Shown here piece after piece: positions 27,609 through 36,296 of a stretch of 64,000 bases of DNA (position 1 is the stretch's first letter; each line of letters begins with the position of its first letter). The DNA is from Planctomycetota bacterium (GTDB taxonomy: Bacteria > Planctomycetota > Phycisphaerae > Sedimentisphaerales > Anaerobacaceae), in contig DUZJ01000001.1 in NCBI GenBank assembly GCA_013349615.1, forward strand, positions 5,110 through 69,109, read 5' to 3'. The translations under genes were made by a program, and so were the position numbers. The notes under the pieces are model-generated. The model saw only the letters and a program-made list of their open reading frames with translations. It searched no databases and was not told the origin of the DNA.

Positions 27609-29318
27609 ATGTACGAGAAAAGCGTTCGTATTATCATTTTTCTGTTGTCGTTTGTGATTTTGGCATTTTTGTCGTTAGCAGCGCGGTGCTTTTACCTTCA
27701 ATTTTTCCAGAGCGAGCATTATGTTGACATATCGTCAACGCAGCTTCGTGCGCGGTTTGTCCAGAAACCACAACGCGGCGTGATTCTTGATTGCCGCGGC
27801 AGGGTGCTTGCGGCAAGCGGCAGAATCCAGAACATCTTTGCAGAGCCGCGGGCTATCCGCGAGCCTGAGACGACAGCGACAGAACTTGCGCCAATTTTGA
27901 ACATCGAAGCAATGGATATATATAAGTGTATCATGGGGAGCAGTAATCGCGGCTTTGTTGAAATCAAGTTCGATGCGGATGTTAAGGAGTGCGCAGCCGT
28001 CCGGAAGTATTACGGTATTGGTGTAGAATCTGATTGGCGAAGACATTATCCGATGGGTCGGGTGGCCTCGCACGTTGTGGGTTTTGTGAGCCGGTACAAT
28101 CATTGTCTGTGCGGCATTGAACTGGAATACGACAAACAGCTTATGGGTTCCGGCGCGCAAAATGTTCTGTTTGCCGATGTTCGTCGGAGACCGATTCGTC
28201 CGAAACAGCAAACCGGGATATTAACTCCCGGCGTCGGGATTATTTTGACCATCGATGCCACTATCCAGCAGTTTGCGTGGTCCGAACTTGTCAGGCAGTT
28301 CGAGAGCTATGAGGCCGAGTCGGCAGTTGCGATAGTTGCTTCGGCGAAAACGGGCGCGATTTTGGCGATGGTTTCGCTGCCTGACTTTGAGCTTAACGAC
28401 ATAAGCGGCGCCGACCCGAATAGTTTCCGGAATTGCGCGGTAACGGCCCAGTATGAGCCTGGCAGTATTCTCAAGCCGATAGCCGCGGCGATTGCGATTG
28501 ATAACGGCACTGTGAACATCCATGAGAAGATATTCTGTGAAAACGGCGATTATCGCGGCACGGGATTTGGACAAATCGGCGAATACGGGGAGCACAGATT
28601 CGCAGATTTGACAGTGCGGGGAATTCTTGTCAACTCCAGTAATATAGGTATGGCCAAGATAGGACAAAGGCTCGGCAAGGACAAACTATATAACGGATTG
28701 AAGCTTTTCGGATTCGGCAAAAAGGTCGGCATCGACCTGCCTGGCGAAGCCGGTGGGCTGCTGCGTCCTGCGCGTGACTGGACAGGGTTCAGTATAACGC
28801 GGATACCTTTTGGACAGGAGATTTCTGTAACCGCGATTCAATTGATACGAGGCTTCTGTATACTCGCCAGCGGTGGTCGGGCAGTGGAGCCGTTTCTTGT
28901 GAAGGCAATGGTTGACAGCACCGGCGAGATTATCAAGCTGCGGCAGTCATCGCCGGCAGTCGGCTACATCATCAAGCCGGAAGTCGCCAAGTGGATTGTT
29001 ACCGAGGCCCTTGTCGGCGTGGTCAATGAGGGGACGGGCAAGAAAGCCGCGTTGGAGAAATGGCAGGTTTTCGGGAAAACGGGAACCGCCAATATAGCAA
29101 AAAGCGAGGAGAGAGGTTATTCGGAGCGTGATTACGTTGCCTCTTTTTTAGCGGGCGCACCGGCTGAGGAGCCGGAAGTAGTCGTTCTGGTTTCTATTTA
29201 TAAGCCGAACACGAGGCTTGGTAAAGGTTATACCGGCGGAACCGTTGCTGCGCCGGTGTCAGCCAGGATACTTGAAAAAACCCTTCATTATCTGCGTGTC
29301 CCCGAACAGGCCCTGTGA
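27609..29318 (+). CDS. ftsI: Class B penicillin-binding protein (FtsI/PBP3-like transpeptidase)
   Basis: Start at MYEKSV (the ORF is open from 27570). TM anchor, PBP dimerisation region, then SILKP (SxxK), SSN and KTGTA motifs. Confidence 0.85.
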   Translation: MYEKSVRIIIFLLSFVILAFLSLAARCFYLQFFQSEHYVDISSTQLRARFVQKPQRGVILDCRGRVLAASGRIQNIFAEPRAIREPETTATELAPILNIEAMDIYKCIMGSSNRGFVEIKFDADVKECAAVRKYYGIGVESDWRRHYPMGRVASHVVGFVSRYNHCLCGIELEYDKQLMGSGAQNVLFADVRRRPIRPKQQTGILTPGVGIILTIDATIQQFAWSELVRQFESYEAESAVAIVASAKTGAILAMVSLPDFELNDISGADPNSFRNCAVTAQYEPGSILKPIAAAIAIDNGTVNIHEKIFCENGDYRGTGFGQIGEYGEHRFADLTVRGILVNSSNIGMAKIGQRLGKDKLYNGLKLFGFGKKVGIDLPGEAGGLLRPARDWTGFSITRIPFGQEISVTAIQLIRGFCILASGGRAVEPFLVKAMVDSTGEIIKLRQSSPAVGYIIKPEVAKWIVTEALVGVVNEGTGKKAALEKWQVFGKTGTANIAKSEERGYSERDYVASFLAGAPAEEPEVVVLVSIYKPNTRLGKGYTGGTVAAPVSARILEKTLHYLRVPEQAL

Positions 29319-29365
29319 TTAGCGACCGGTTTGGTAAAGACCTTTGTGGATTTAGCATTGCATCC

Positions 29366-29394
29366 TTGACATAGCATAAGAACGGCGATATACA
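29366..29394 (+). promoter_or_regulatory. Candidate sigma70-type promoter TTGACA-17 nt-TATACA for the glycosyltransferase gene
   Basis: TTGACA 29366-29371 and TATACA 29389-29394. AGGAGG lies 8 nt before the ATG at 29416. Confidence 0.4.
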
Positions 29395-29415
29395 CTGTGC
29401 AGGAGGTACGAAGAA

Positions 29416-30495
29416 ATGGCAAAAATAATCTACGGTGTTGCGGGGGAAGGATTTGGACACAGCAGCCGGTCACACCTGACGGGGCAAAGGCTCATCGACG
29501 CGGGGCACGATGTGATGTTTGTCGGGTCGAGAAAATCACTTCTCTATCTGAAACAATATTTCGGCCAGCGCGTGAGGGAAATATTCGGTCTGTCTTTTAC
29601 GTATATAGATGGGCGTATAGACAAATCGGAGACGCTGAAACAAAATCTTCTGAATCTTCCCGAAGGCAACAGGATAAACGATGAACTATTCCACAAACAT
29701 TTTGAGCCGTTTGGGCCTGATTTGGTGATATCAGATTTTGAGCCATTCAGTGCCTGGTGGGCGTGGCGAAAAGATGTTCCCTTTATCAGTATCGACCACG
29801 AGCATGTGCTGACACTTTGTAAGCTGGAGCACAGGAGCAAGAACTGGTTTTCACGAATAACCGCGAGCGTGGTGACCGAATGTCACTACGTTGGGGCGGT
29901 TGCGTATATCGTTATAAATTTCTTTAAGGCGTCTCTGAGAATTGATTCGGCAGTTCTGGCGCCGCCGGTTGTGAGGCCTATAGTTCGCGGGCTCCGAGCC
30001 GGCAAGGGTGAGCACATTCTGATATATTCGACTTCCGGCAAGGGGGAAGAGGAGTTGCGAGCGACGCTTGGTAAGTTTGCCTCGCAGAAGTTTTTTATTT
30101 ATGGATTTAAGAAGAGCGGGGAGTTTGAGAATTGTGTTTTCAAAGAGCGTTCGACGGAAGGATTTTTAGCTGATTTGGCGAGTGCACGGGGGGTGATAGC
30201 TTCGGCGGGATTTTCATTGCTAAGTGAGTGCCTGCATTTGAAAAAGCCGATGTGCCTGCTTCCTGTTGCCGGTCAGTATGAGCAGATAATCAACGCGCAT
30301 TACATAGAAAAGCTGGGCCTGGGGATTGCGGGAGAAAAACTGGACGAAGAGCTTTTGGGGCGGTTCCTTGACCAAATCGAGAAGCCTATACCGGATGATG
30401 AACGGATCCTTTGGCCTGACAATGACAAATTCTTCGGCATACTGCAAGAGGTCTTACACAAGCTGGCCAAGCCGATTAGTATCGAACTCACTTAA
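29416..30495 (+). CDS. GT-B glycosyltransferase (MurG/GT28-like, MJ1255-type family)
   Basis: 359 aa. IIYGVAGEGFGHSSRS N-terminal Gly-rich loop and C-terminal ..SAGFSL.SE.L...P.. block typical of GT28/GT1-like enzymes. Confidence 0.65.
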   Translation: MAKIIYGVAGEGFGHSSRSHLTGQRLIDAGHDVMFVGSRKSLLYLKQYFGQRVREIFGLSFTYIDGRIDKSETLKQNLLNLPEGNRINDELFHKHFEPFGPDLVISDFEPFSAWWAWRKDVPFISIDHEHVLTLCKLEHRSKNWFSRITASVVTECHYVGAVAYIVINFFKASLRIDSAVLAPPVVRPIVRGLRAGKGEHILIYSTSGKGEEELRATLGKFASQKFFIYGFKKSGEFENCVFKERSTEGFLADLASARGVIASAGFSLLSECLHLKKPMCLLPVAGQYEQIINAHYIEKLGLGIAGEKLDEELLGRFLDQIEKPIPDDERILWPDNDKFFGILQEVLHKLAKPISIELT

Positions 30496-30607
30496 GCTGC
30501 GTGTAAGTCATATAAAGATTATTCTCATTCGCAGGCCAGATGCTTTGCTCTGCTCAGCATGACAAATCAAAACAGGTAAGTTTGGTTTATTTGGATAGGG
30601 ACATCAG

Positions 30608-31294
30608 TTGCAGCTAAAGAACAAGTATGTATCAAATATACCGCTAATTGCACTTATAGCAGCCAACATCATTCCACTCTGGGGGGTGGTTTTTATGGGG
30701 TGGGACGCTTTTTATATCGTGCTACTTTACTGGTCTGAGAACTTAGCGGTCGGGTTCTATAACGTCCTGAAGATGGCGTTTGCAGGTTTCCTGAAGCCAT
30801 CCAAACATCTCGGCAAGTTATTTCTCATACCTTTTTTTATAGCTCACTATGGCGGATTTTGCGCAGTTCACGGTGTGTTCGTATTAGCGCTGTTCGGAAA
30901 AGACGACAGCAGCTTTATGAAGGGCGCTGACTGGCCCTGCTTTCTTGTTTTTGTGCAGATGCTGCTGAATGTCATCAAACATGCCTACTCGGTTATGCCG
31001 TTAGCGATGAGGTATGCGCTGGGGGCGCTTTTTGTAAGTCACGGCGTTTCGTTTGTGTGCAACTATCTGATTAAGGGCGAGTACGCCACATCCAAACCGG
31101 ACAAGCTGATGGGGAGCCCTTATGGGCGGGTGGTTGTGATGCATGTGGCCATTATTTTCGGTGCGTTCCTGACTATGGCGCTGGGCTCGCCGGTCGGCAT
31201 TCTGATTATCCTTGTGGGCATAAAGACCTATCTGGATGTTGTATTTCACCTGCGCCAGCACAAAAAAATGCAGGTAAAAACCGTTTCGGCATAA
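30608..31294 (+). CDS. Polytopic membrane protein (DUF6498-like)
   Basis: 228 aa from a TTG start. PLWGVVFMGWDAFYIVLLYWSENLAVGFYNVLKM resembles the conserved N-terminal block of that family. Confidence 0.45.
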   Translation: MQLKNKYVSNIPLIALIAANIIPLWGVVFMGWDAFYIVLLYWSENLAVGFYNVLKMAFAGFLKPSKHLGKLFLIPFFIAHYGGFCAVHGVFVLALFGKDDSSFMKGADWPCFLVFVQMLLNVIKHAYSVMPLAMRYALGALFVSHGVSFVCNYLIKGEYATSKPDKLMGSPYGRVVVMHVAIIFGAFLTMALGSPVGILIILVGIKTYLDVVFHLRQHKKMQVKTVSA

Positions 31295-31315
31295 TCAGAA
31301 AAAGCTATCTCTCCG

Positions 31316-32095
31316 TCAGGGTTTTGGCTTATGTTCGGTTCTTAATATATACCACTTTAGCTTGTCGAGGTCTTTTGTTTTGACGAATTTCACGTGGTTG
31401 TCGACAAATAAGACATTGCAGCCTTCGCGCTGGTGGTTTTCGGTCGATAAAATTTCCGGTCCGCCGGCCTGGTTCCATCCGGGATAGGTCTCGAAGAGGA
31501 CCACCATATCCGGGCGGGCATTTCCGGCACCAAAGTTTTTTAGGTTTTCGTTCATAGCATAATTGCAGGGACCCTTGTGTGCACCTTTGCAGCGAAATAT
31601 GGAAGGCGATACCTCCATGTGCTCAATCAGCAAATCGCACCATTTTGTTTGCGTCGGGAACTTATCATCGTAGTCGTTGGCGTAGATAAGCATTGCCCTG
31701 CCGAGGCTGGACATGTTGGCGGCGCAGTGTGCTCTGATGGCAATTTGTCGGTAGCGGGCGAGTGCGGGCATAAAGATTCCCATCAATATCACGACGAGCG
31801 GCAGGAGCACTACCGGCAAGACTATTCCTGTGACAGCGAGGCCGATGCCTTTCAATTGCCCGGCGCTTTTAGAAATTTTTACCAGCCCCAAAATACCTAA
31901 AATAATTGCCGGTATGGCTGTAATCAAGCAGGTAAAAGGGATTAGAATCGCGAGGACAAGCGAGGCGATGGCCAGTCCACTTGTTTTGACGCCGACACTC
32001 GGGGATTGTGCTGCAGAGGCAGGCAACACAGTGCTGCAGGAACTGCATAATTGGGCGCCATCCGGATTTTTTGCTCCACATTTTGGGCAGTTCAT
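31316..32095 (-). CDS. Zinc-ribbon / DUF4190-like membrane anchor fused to a pseudopilin-like H-X9-DG domain
   Basis: MNCPKCGAKNPDGAQLCSSCS, two or three TM helices, then ALARYRQIAIRAHCAANMSSLGRAMLIYANDYDDKFP and the C-terminal H..EGCNVLFVDNHV (H-X9-DG-type) motif. Confidence 0.6.
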   Translation of the reverse strand: MNCPKCGAKNPDGAQLCSSCSTVLPASAAQSPSVGVKTSGLAIASLVLAILIPFTCLITAIPAIILGILGLVKISKSAGQLKGIGLAVTGIVLPVVLLPLVVILMGIFMPALARYRQIAIRAHCAANMSSLGRAMLIYANDYDDKFPTQTKWCDLLIEHMEVSPSIFRCKGAHKGPCNYAMNENLKNFGAGNARPDMVVLFETYPGWNQAGGPEILSTENHQREGCNVLFVDNHVKFVKTKDLDKLKWYILRTEHKPKP

Positions 32096-32252
32096 TTTTG
32101 GTCTCCTTTCGATTTAATATTTATTCACTGTAAATCTCCGCGATACATTTTGTGTTAATAGTAACTCCTTGGCTGGGATTTTCCAGAATATTTTTGAGAT
32201 TTTTTCGCTTCGCTCAGAATGACCGTATTTTGTGTCGGTGTGGCGGTGAAGG

Positions 32253-34481
32253 TTATTCTGCTGCGGATTTAGCCTGGCCTAAGTAACCGGCGTTGATGCA
32301 GAAGCGGAGAATTTCGCGGGCGAGAGGTGCTGCGTCGTGGGAGCCTCTTTGACCTCCTTCGACGAGGACGGCGATAGCGAGCTTTCGGCCGGTGCTGTCG
32401 GTGGCGAAGCCTGCGAACCAGGCATGGCTTGGCTGCTGGGTGGAACCGGTTTTGCCATAGACGTGTACGCCATACTGAGTGAGCGGGGCCTCGGCAAACC
32501 GGGTGTAGGCAGTTCCGCCAATCTCATTAACCACTGCACTCATACCATCGTGGACTACGTCTAAGGTCTGTGTTGAGATATTGAGGTCGATGCCCGGTTC
32601 TTGATGCTCGATGCTCTCCACAGGACGCCCAATGGCGGGTTCTCGATTGTCGATTTTCGATGCTTGATTCTCAATGCTCGTTGGTTGAGAATCAAGAAAG
32701 AGGCGGGGCGGTTTATATAGTCCGCGTCGTGCGATGGCGGCCATCGCGTTTGCTACCTGCAGAGGTGTGGCTCTCAGATTGCCCTGGCCTATGCCGAAAT
32801 ATCTTCTTTCGCCCTTATCAAGAGGCGGTATCTGCTCAAAATGAGAAATTTTGCCCCTGACAACGGCGGTCGAGATCTGTCCGAGGACCTGTCTAAAGTA
32901 TCGATTCTCGATACCCGATTCTCGATTCTCGTTGCTCGATGTACGAATCGCCGGAGCGAGTTGGATTTGATGTCCGTAGCCGAACCTGAAAAGCCATAGC
33001 TGGAGGACAGCAGGGTCGATTCTGTTGGCAAGGCGTGAAAAATAGATATTGCAACTTCCCTTAACGGCGTTTCGTGCTGTGTTTTGCCATTTATAATCGT
33101 GTCCGCTCTGGTATTGGTTGAAGATCCAGCAGCTCGGCCAATCTTCTGGCGCCTTTTGGGCCGGGCAGCTGATAATCGCGCCCGGAGTGATTTTGCCGGA
33201 TTCGAGTCCGGCGATGAGAATGAGTGGCTTGACAACCGAGCCGGGCGGATACTCTCCCTTATTTATTGCTCGATTAAGCAGCGGCTCGTTGGGATCGCGG
33301 GCCAGAACGTCATAATCATACCTGGCACGGTTCAAATCAAAGGTCGGCGTTGAAACCAGTGCGAGAATATCACCTGTAGCGACTTCGATGACAACGGCTG
33401 CCGTAGGGGCTTTGCAGTTGGGATTGAGCTGGCAGTCGGTAAGATAATCTTCTATCTTTTTTTGAAGCTCAATGTCGAGTGTGAGGCGGACGTCTTTGCC
33501 AAACTGTGTCTCTGTCCGACTTACCAACCGGCGGTCTATGTCCTTCCTTTCTTCCCCACGTCTTCCTCGCAGTATAGTTTCACACACATACTCTACTCCG
33601 TCCTCCCTTCCGCAGACTTCGTCGCTCAAATAGCTGGATAATTTATCATCTGCGAGAAGCCGCCTGTCTTTTTCCTGCGGCGGTCCGACCCAGCCTATCG
33701 TTTGAGCGGCGGCTGAGCCGTGCGGGTAAATCCTATGGGCTTTTGGGAGAATTTCAATGCCGTCAACTTCCATGAACTCCACCTGAGCGGCAAAGATATC
33801 GTCTTCGGTTTTCAACTCCAGGAATTGCCTGCCTTTGTTCATCTTGGGAATATTGTCAATTCTGTCTATGAGCAGGAGGCGCTGGTTTTCATCGGGAAAT
33901 TTCTTTTTGAAATCCTTGATTGCCTTAGACAGCGGCACACTACTGATTCTACCTTTATATTCGGCAATTATTTTCGGGTCAGGGCTGTTTCGTCTCCAGG
34001 CAAGGAAGGTGCGGAGATTCCATATTTCGTTGTTTATTTTGTAAATTTGCTGCTCAATATCCGCTCTTTCGGGCCCAAAGTAGGTACATTTGTCAATTAT
34101 CCGCTGGAGGTCCTCAAGGCTGTCCTGCAGCTCTTTGCGTGCTTCTAATAAAGAGGAGTTTGTGCTGGCGAGCTGTGAGCGCCGGCGCGCCCTTAAAAGT
34201 TTTGCCCGTTGGACACGTTCGTCGAAAATCGAGCAGAGCCTGTAACTGATATGCAGATGGAACCGCGATTCATCGGTGGCCAATATTGTGCCGTTGCGGT
34301 CGAGTATTTTTCCCCTGATGGTCTTGAGCTGGCGTGAAACGCCTTTTTGGAGCTTTAATTCTGCGATTTTCTCCAGGTATGAGGAATGGGAGAACAACTG
34401 TAATTGTGTCAGACGGAGTAAACAGGGCAGTAGAAGCAGTAAGCTGAGGATTATAAAAATTTTGATTCTCTTAATTAACAT
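32253..34481 (-). CDS. mrdA: Class B penicillin-binding protein 2 (elongation transpeptidase) with low-complexity insertions
   Basis: 742 aa. TM anchor, RG.I.DRNG, PGSVVKP (SxxK), SCN (SxN-type) and KTGST motifs. Lies directly downstream of mreBCD. Confidence 0.85.
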   Translation of the reverse strand: MLIKRIKIFIILSLLLLLPCLLRLTQLQLFSHSSYLEKIAELKLQKGVSRQLKTIRGKILDRNGTILATDESRFHLHISYRLCSIFDERVQRAKLLRARRRSQLASTNSSLLEARKELQDSLEDLQRIIDKCTYFGPERADIEQQIYKINNEIWNLRTFLAWRRNSPDPKIIAEYKGRISSVPLSKAIKDFKKKFPDENQRLLLIDRIDNIPKMNKGRQFLELKTEDDIFAAQVEFMEVDGIEILPKAHRIYPHGSAAAQTIGWVGPPQEKDRRLLADDKLSSYLSDEVCGREDGVEYVCETILRGRRGEERKDIDRRLVSRTETQFGKDVRLTLDIELQKKIEDYLTDCQLNPNCKAPTAAVVIEVATGDILALVSTPTFDLNRARYDYDVLARDPNEPLLNRAINKGEYPPGSVVKPLILIAGLESGKITPGAIISCPAQKAPEDWPSCWIFNQYQSGHDYKWQNTARNAVKGSCNIYFSRLANRIDPAVLQLWLFRFGYGHQIQLAPAIRTSSNENRESGIENRYFRQVLGQISTAVVRGKISHFEQIPPLDKGERRYFGIGQGNLRATPLQVANAMAAIARRGLYKPPRLFLDSQPTSIENQASKIDNREPAIGRPVESIEHQEPGIDLNISTQTLDVVHDGMSAVVNEIGGTAYTRFAEAPLTQYGVHVYGKTGSTQQPSHAWFAGFATDSTGRKLAIAVLVEGGQRGSHDAAPLAREILRFCINAGYLGQAKSAAE

Positions 34482-34504
34482 CGTATTTCAGACCTTTGTT
34501 TTTT

Positions 34505-34639
34505 GCCACTAAGGCACCAAGACACGAAGCTGGCCGTCAGAGGTCAGAGGTCAGAGGTCAGAAGGCAGATGGTTTGTTTTCTGTCTTCTGTTTTCTGTCT
34601 TCTGTTCTCTGTTTCTTTGTGCCTTCGTGTCTTCGTGGC
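34505..34639. repeat. ~135-bp imperfect palindrome built from tandem words (purine-rich left half, pyrimidine-rich right half)
   Basis: (CAGAGGT)x3..CAGAAGGCAGA pairs with TCTGTCTTCTG with one G:T. AAGACACGAAG / CTTCGTGTCTT is a perfect 11-bp pair. The ends are GCCAC / GTGGC. The right arm (34612-34639) is a 27/28 reverse-complement match to 63023-63050. Confidence 0.65.
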
Positions 34640-34688
34640 TGTTTGCCTATATCGTCAGATGTACGCTTTACGCTTCAGTAGACGGAAG

Positions 34689-35189
34689 CTAATGGCGGCT
34701 GAAGCGATGAGTTTTTATACGCATCCACCAGGCTGCCGGCAAGAATAAAACCGGCCCGACTATTGCGGAATATAACGCTGTGCCGAGAATAACAGTGTAT
34801 ATATTTGATATGGCGGCCTGCCCTTTCAGGAGGGCCAAGAGATGGGCGAGGGCGCCGGCGAGAGAGCCGATGACGAAAATCGCGAGTGACTGGTAAGGCA
34901 TTTTTCTGATTGCAATAACACGGTGAAGGTACGCCAGGGCGGTCCCGAGAAGGCCAAAGCTAATTGTGTGTGAGCCCATAACAGAAGCAATACTAATATC
35001 AGCAGCAAAACCGATTGCGAATGAGGTTATGATGGCATCGGTGGTGTTGCAGTAAATTGCAAAAAAAACCAAAAGTATTAATAACAAATTGGGTCTGATG
35101 TTCAACTGTGTAACAGCAACTATACCCAACAGACTGACTTGCAGGACGGTAACGATAAGAATAAAGACCGCAAAGCGAAGCCATCGCAT
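34689..35189 (-). CDS. mreD: Rod shape-determining protein MreD
   Basis: 166 aa, 5-helix membrane protein, positioned between mreC and mrdA. Confidence 0.7.
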   Translation of the reverse strand: MRWLRFAVFILIVTVLQVSLLGIVAVTQLNIRPNLLLILLVFFAIYCNTTDAIITSFAIGFAADISIASVMGSHTISFGLLGTALAYLHRVIAIRKMPYQSLAIFVIGSLAGALAHLLALLKGQAAISNIYTVILGTALYSAIVGPVLFLPAAWWMRIKTHRFSRH

Positions 35190-35262
35190 TTTATATCCCC
35201 ATTTATTACTACAGGTCCGCTTAGGATTTATCCGTTACTGGTAACGTCTTGTTTTGTAAAAG

Positions 35263-35355
35263 GCCAAAGTGCCCAAAGTGAGCTAAAGTGCCTAAAGTTC
35301 TGATAATCCAGTTTATTGGATTTTAGGCGCTTTGGGCACACCATACTTTAGGCAT
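35263..35355. repeat. Word-repeat palindromic element (GTGCC[C/T]AAAG words in both orientations)
   Basis: GTGCCCAAAG 35269-35278 and GTGCCTAAAG 35288-35297 face CTTTGGGCAC 35330-35339 and CTTTAGGCA 35346-35354. Confidence 0.55.
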
Positions 35356-35381
35356 TTCCATTATTAAGTGGCGCTGTAGTA

Positions 35382-36182
35382 TTACTCTTGCGGATTCATA
35401 ATAATCACGGTTACACTGTTTAGTCTTTCTATGTCGCAGACAGGTTTGACCGTTATATCCCAGAGTGACGGATTTTGCTCGTCCGGTTTGCACCTGGCCA
35501 CGGTTCCTATAATCAGGGAAGTATCGAGAAATCCGGGCTTTTTGCAAGTCAGGACGTGGTCTCCGACCTTTATATTGTGCTTTGTTGAGAGCAGGCTGAC
35601 CTTTGCCGAATTGTTTCCACTGCCCTGCATTACCCTGTCTATATTTAGTTTTCCTATCCTTACAGGTATTTTTGACGCCGGGTCCGTGAACAACCTGACC
35701 TTGGCATTTGGTGCTGAGACATCGGAAATAGTACCTATGATACTGTTGTCACCGAGAACGAACTGTCCTTTAGCCAGGCCGTGTTCCCTGCGGCAGTAGA
35801 TAATAAGCTCGCAGTGTGCTCCTCCGATGGAGGCAGTAACGACATCAGCCGGAATTAAGTCGGCACCCTGCAATCCAAATTTATTGCGCAGCGTGGTCAG
35901 CTTTTCGACAAGCTGACGTTCCGAATGCAACTGCTCGGTCAGGTTTGCGATATAGTTTTCGTACTCTGACTCTCTACGATTCGTGATACCCGGTCTTGAC
36001 TGCCAGCTGCGGGTAAACAGTGAGATGTTTCTGCCGACGGCCAAAGGCAAGCGAAAGAGGCGCGCAAAAGCAAACTGAAAGTTGTTTGTTAGATTCTGAG
36101 GAGCGAAGAGCAAGATAAGCCCGGCCAACATTAACCAGGTAAATAACATCCTTCTGGAGACTCTGATTAGCTTCCTTGCCAT
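35382..36182 (-). CDS. mreC: Rod shape-determining protein MreC
   Basis: 266 aa. N-terminal TM, a coiled coil (ENYIANLTEQLHSERQLVEKL), then beta-barrel repeats with the G.V.G.V motif. Confidence 0.8.
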   Translation of the reverse strand: MARKLIRVSRRMLFTWLMLAGLILLFAPQNLTNNFQFAFARLFRLPLAVGRNISLFTRSWQSRPGITNRRESEYENYIANLTEQLHSERQLVEKLTTLRNKFGLQGADLIPADVVTASIGGAHCELIIYCRREHGLAKGQFVLGDNSIIGTISDVSAPNAKVRLFTDPASKIPVRIGKLNIDRVMQGSGNNSAKVSLLSTKHNIKVGDHVLTCKKPGFLDTSLIIGTVARCKPDEQNPSLWDITVKPVCDIERLNSVTVIIMNPQE

Positions 36183-36189
36183 ATCTAAT

Positions 36190-36290
36190 TGATTATTTTC
36201 TATTGACTATTTTCTATTTTTTCGTTGTGTGCCGCGCGTATTTGGCCGTGCGATATAAACAATAGTCAATATTCAATCGTCAATTGACAA
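36190..36290. repeat. Word-repeat palindromic element in the mreB-mreC spacer
   Basis: TATTGACTATT (36201-36211) and AATAGTCAATA (36261-36271) form a perfect 11-bp inverted repeat around a GC-rich core. ATTGA/TATTTTC words are repeated. Confidence 0.5.
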
Positions 36291-36296
36291 TGTTTT

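Noticed and set aside
32205-32223. Short motif recurring in three spacers. The copies are TCGCTTCGCTCAGAATGAC (32205-32223), TTGCTCTGCTCAGCATGAC (30545-30563), and a looser TTCGCTCGGGCTGATGAC (57803-57820).
   Set aside because: There are only three short, degenerate copies with no consistent structure or position relative to genes. A genome-wide count is needed before calling it an element.
34496-34748. Two overlapping 61-81-aa ORFs, and a CRISPR-like impression from the periodic repeats in the mreD-mrdA spacer.
   Set aside because: The periodicity comes from 7-9-bp words, not 25-40-bp repeats separated by unique spacers, and there are no cas genes. The ORFs merely translate the repeat (RSEVRGQK.., LSSVFCLLF..). 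I treat the region as a repeat element instead.
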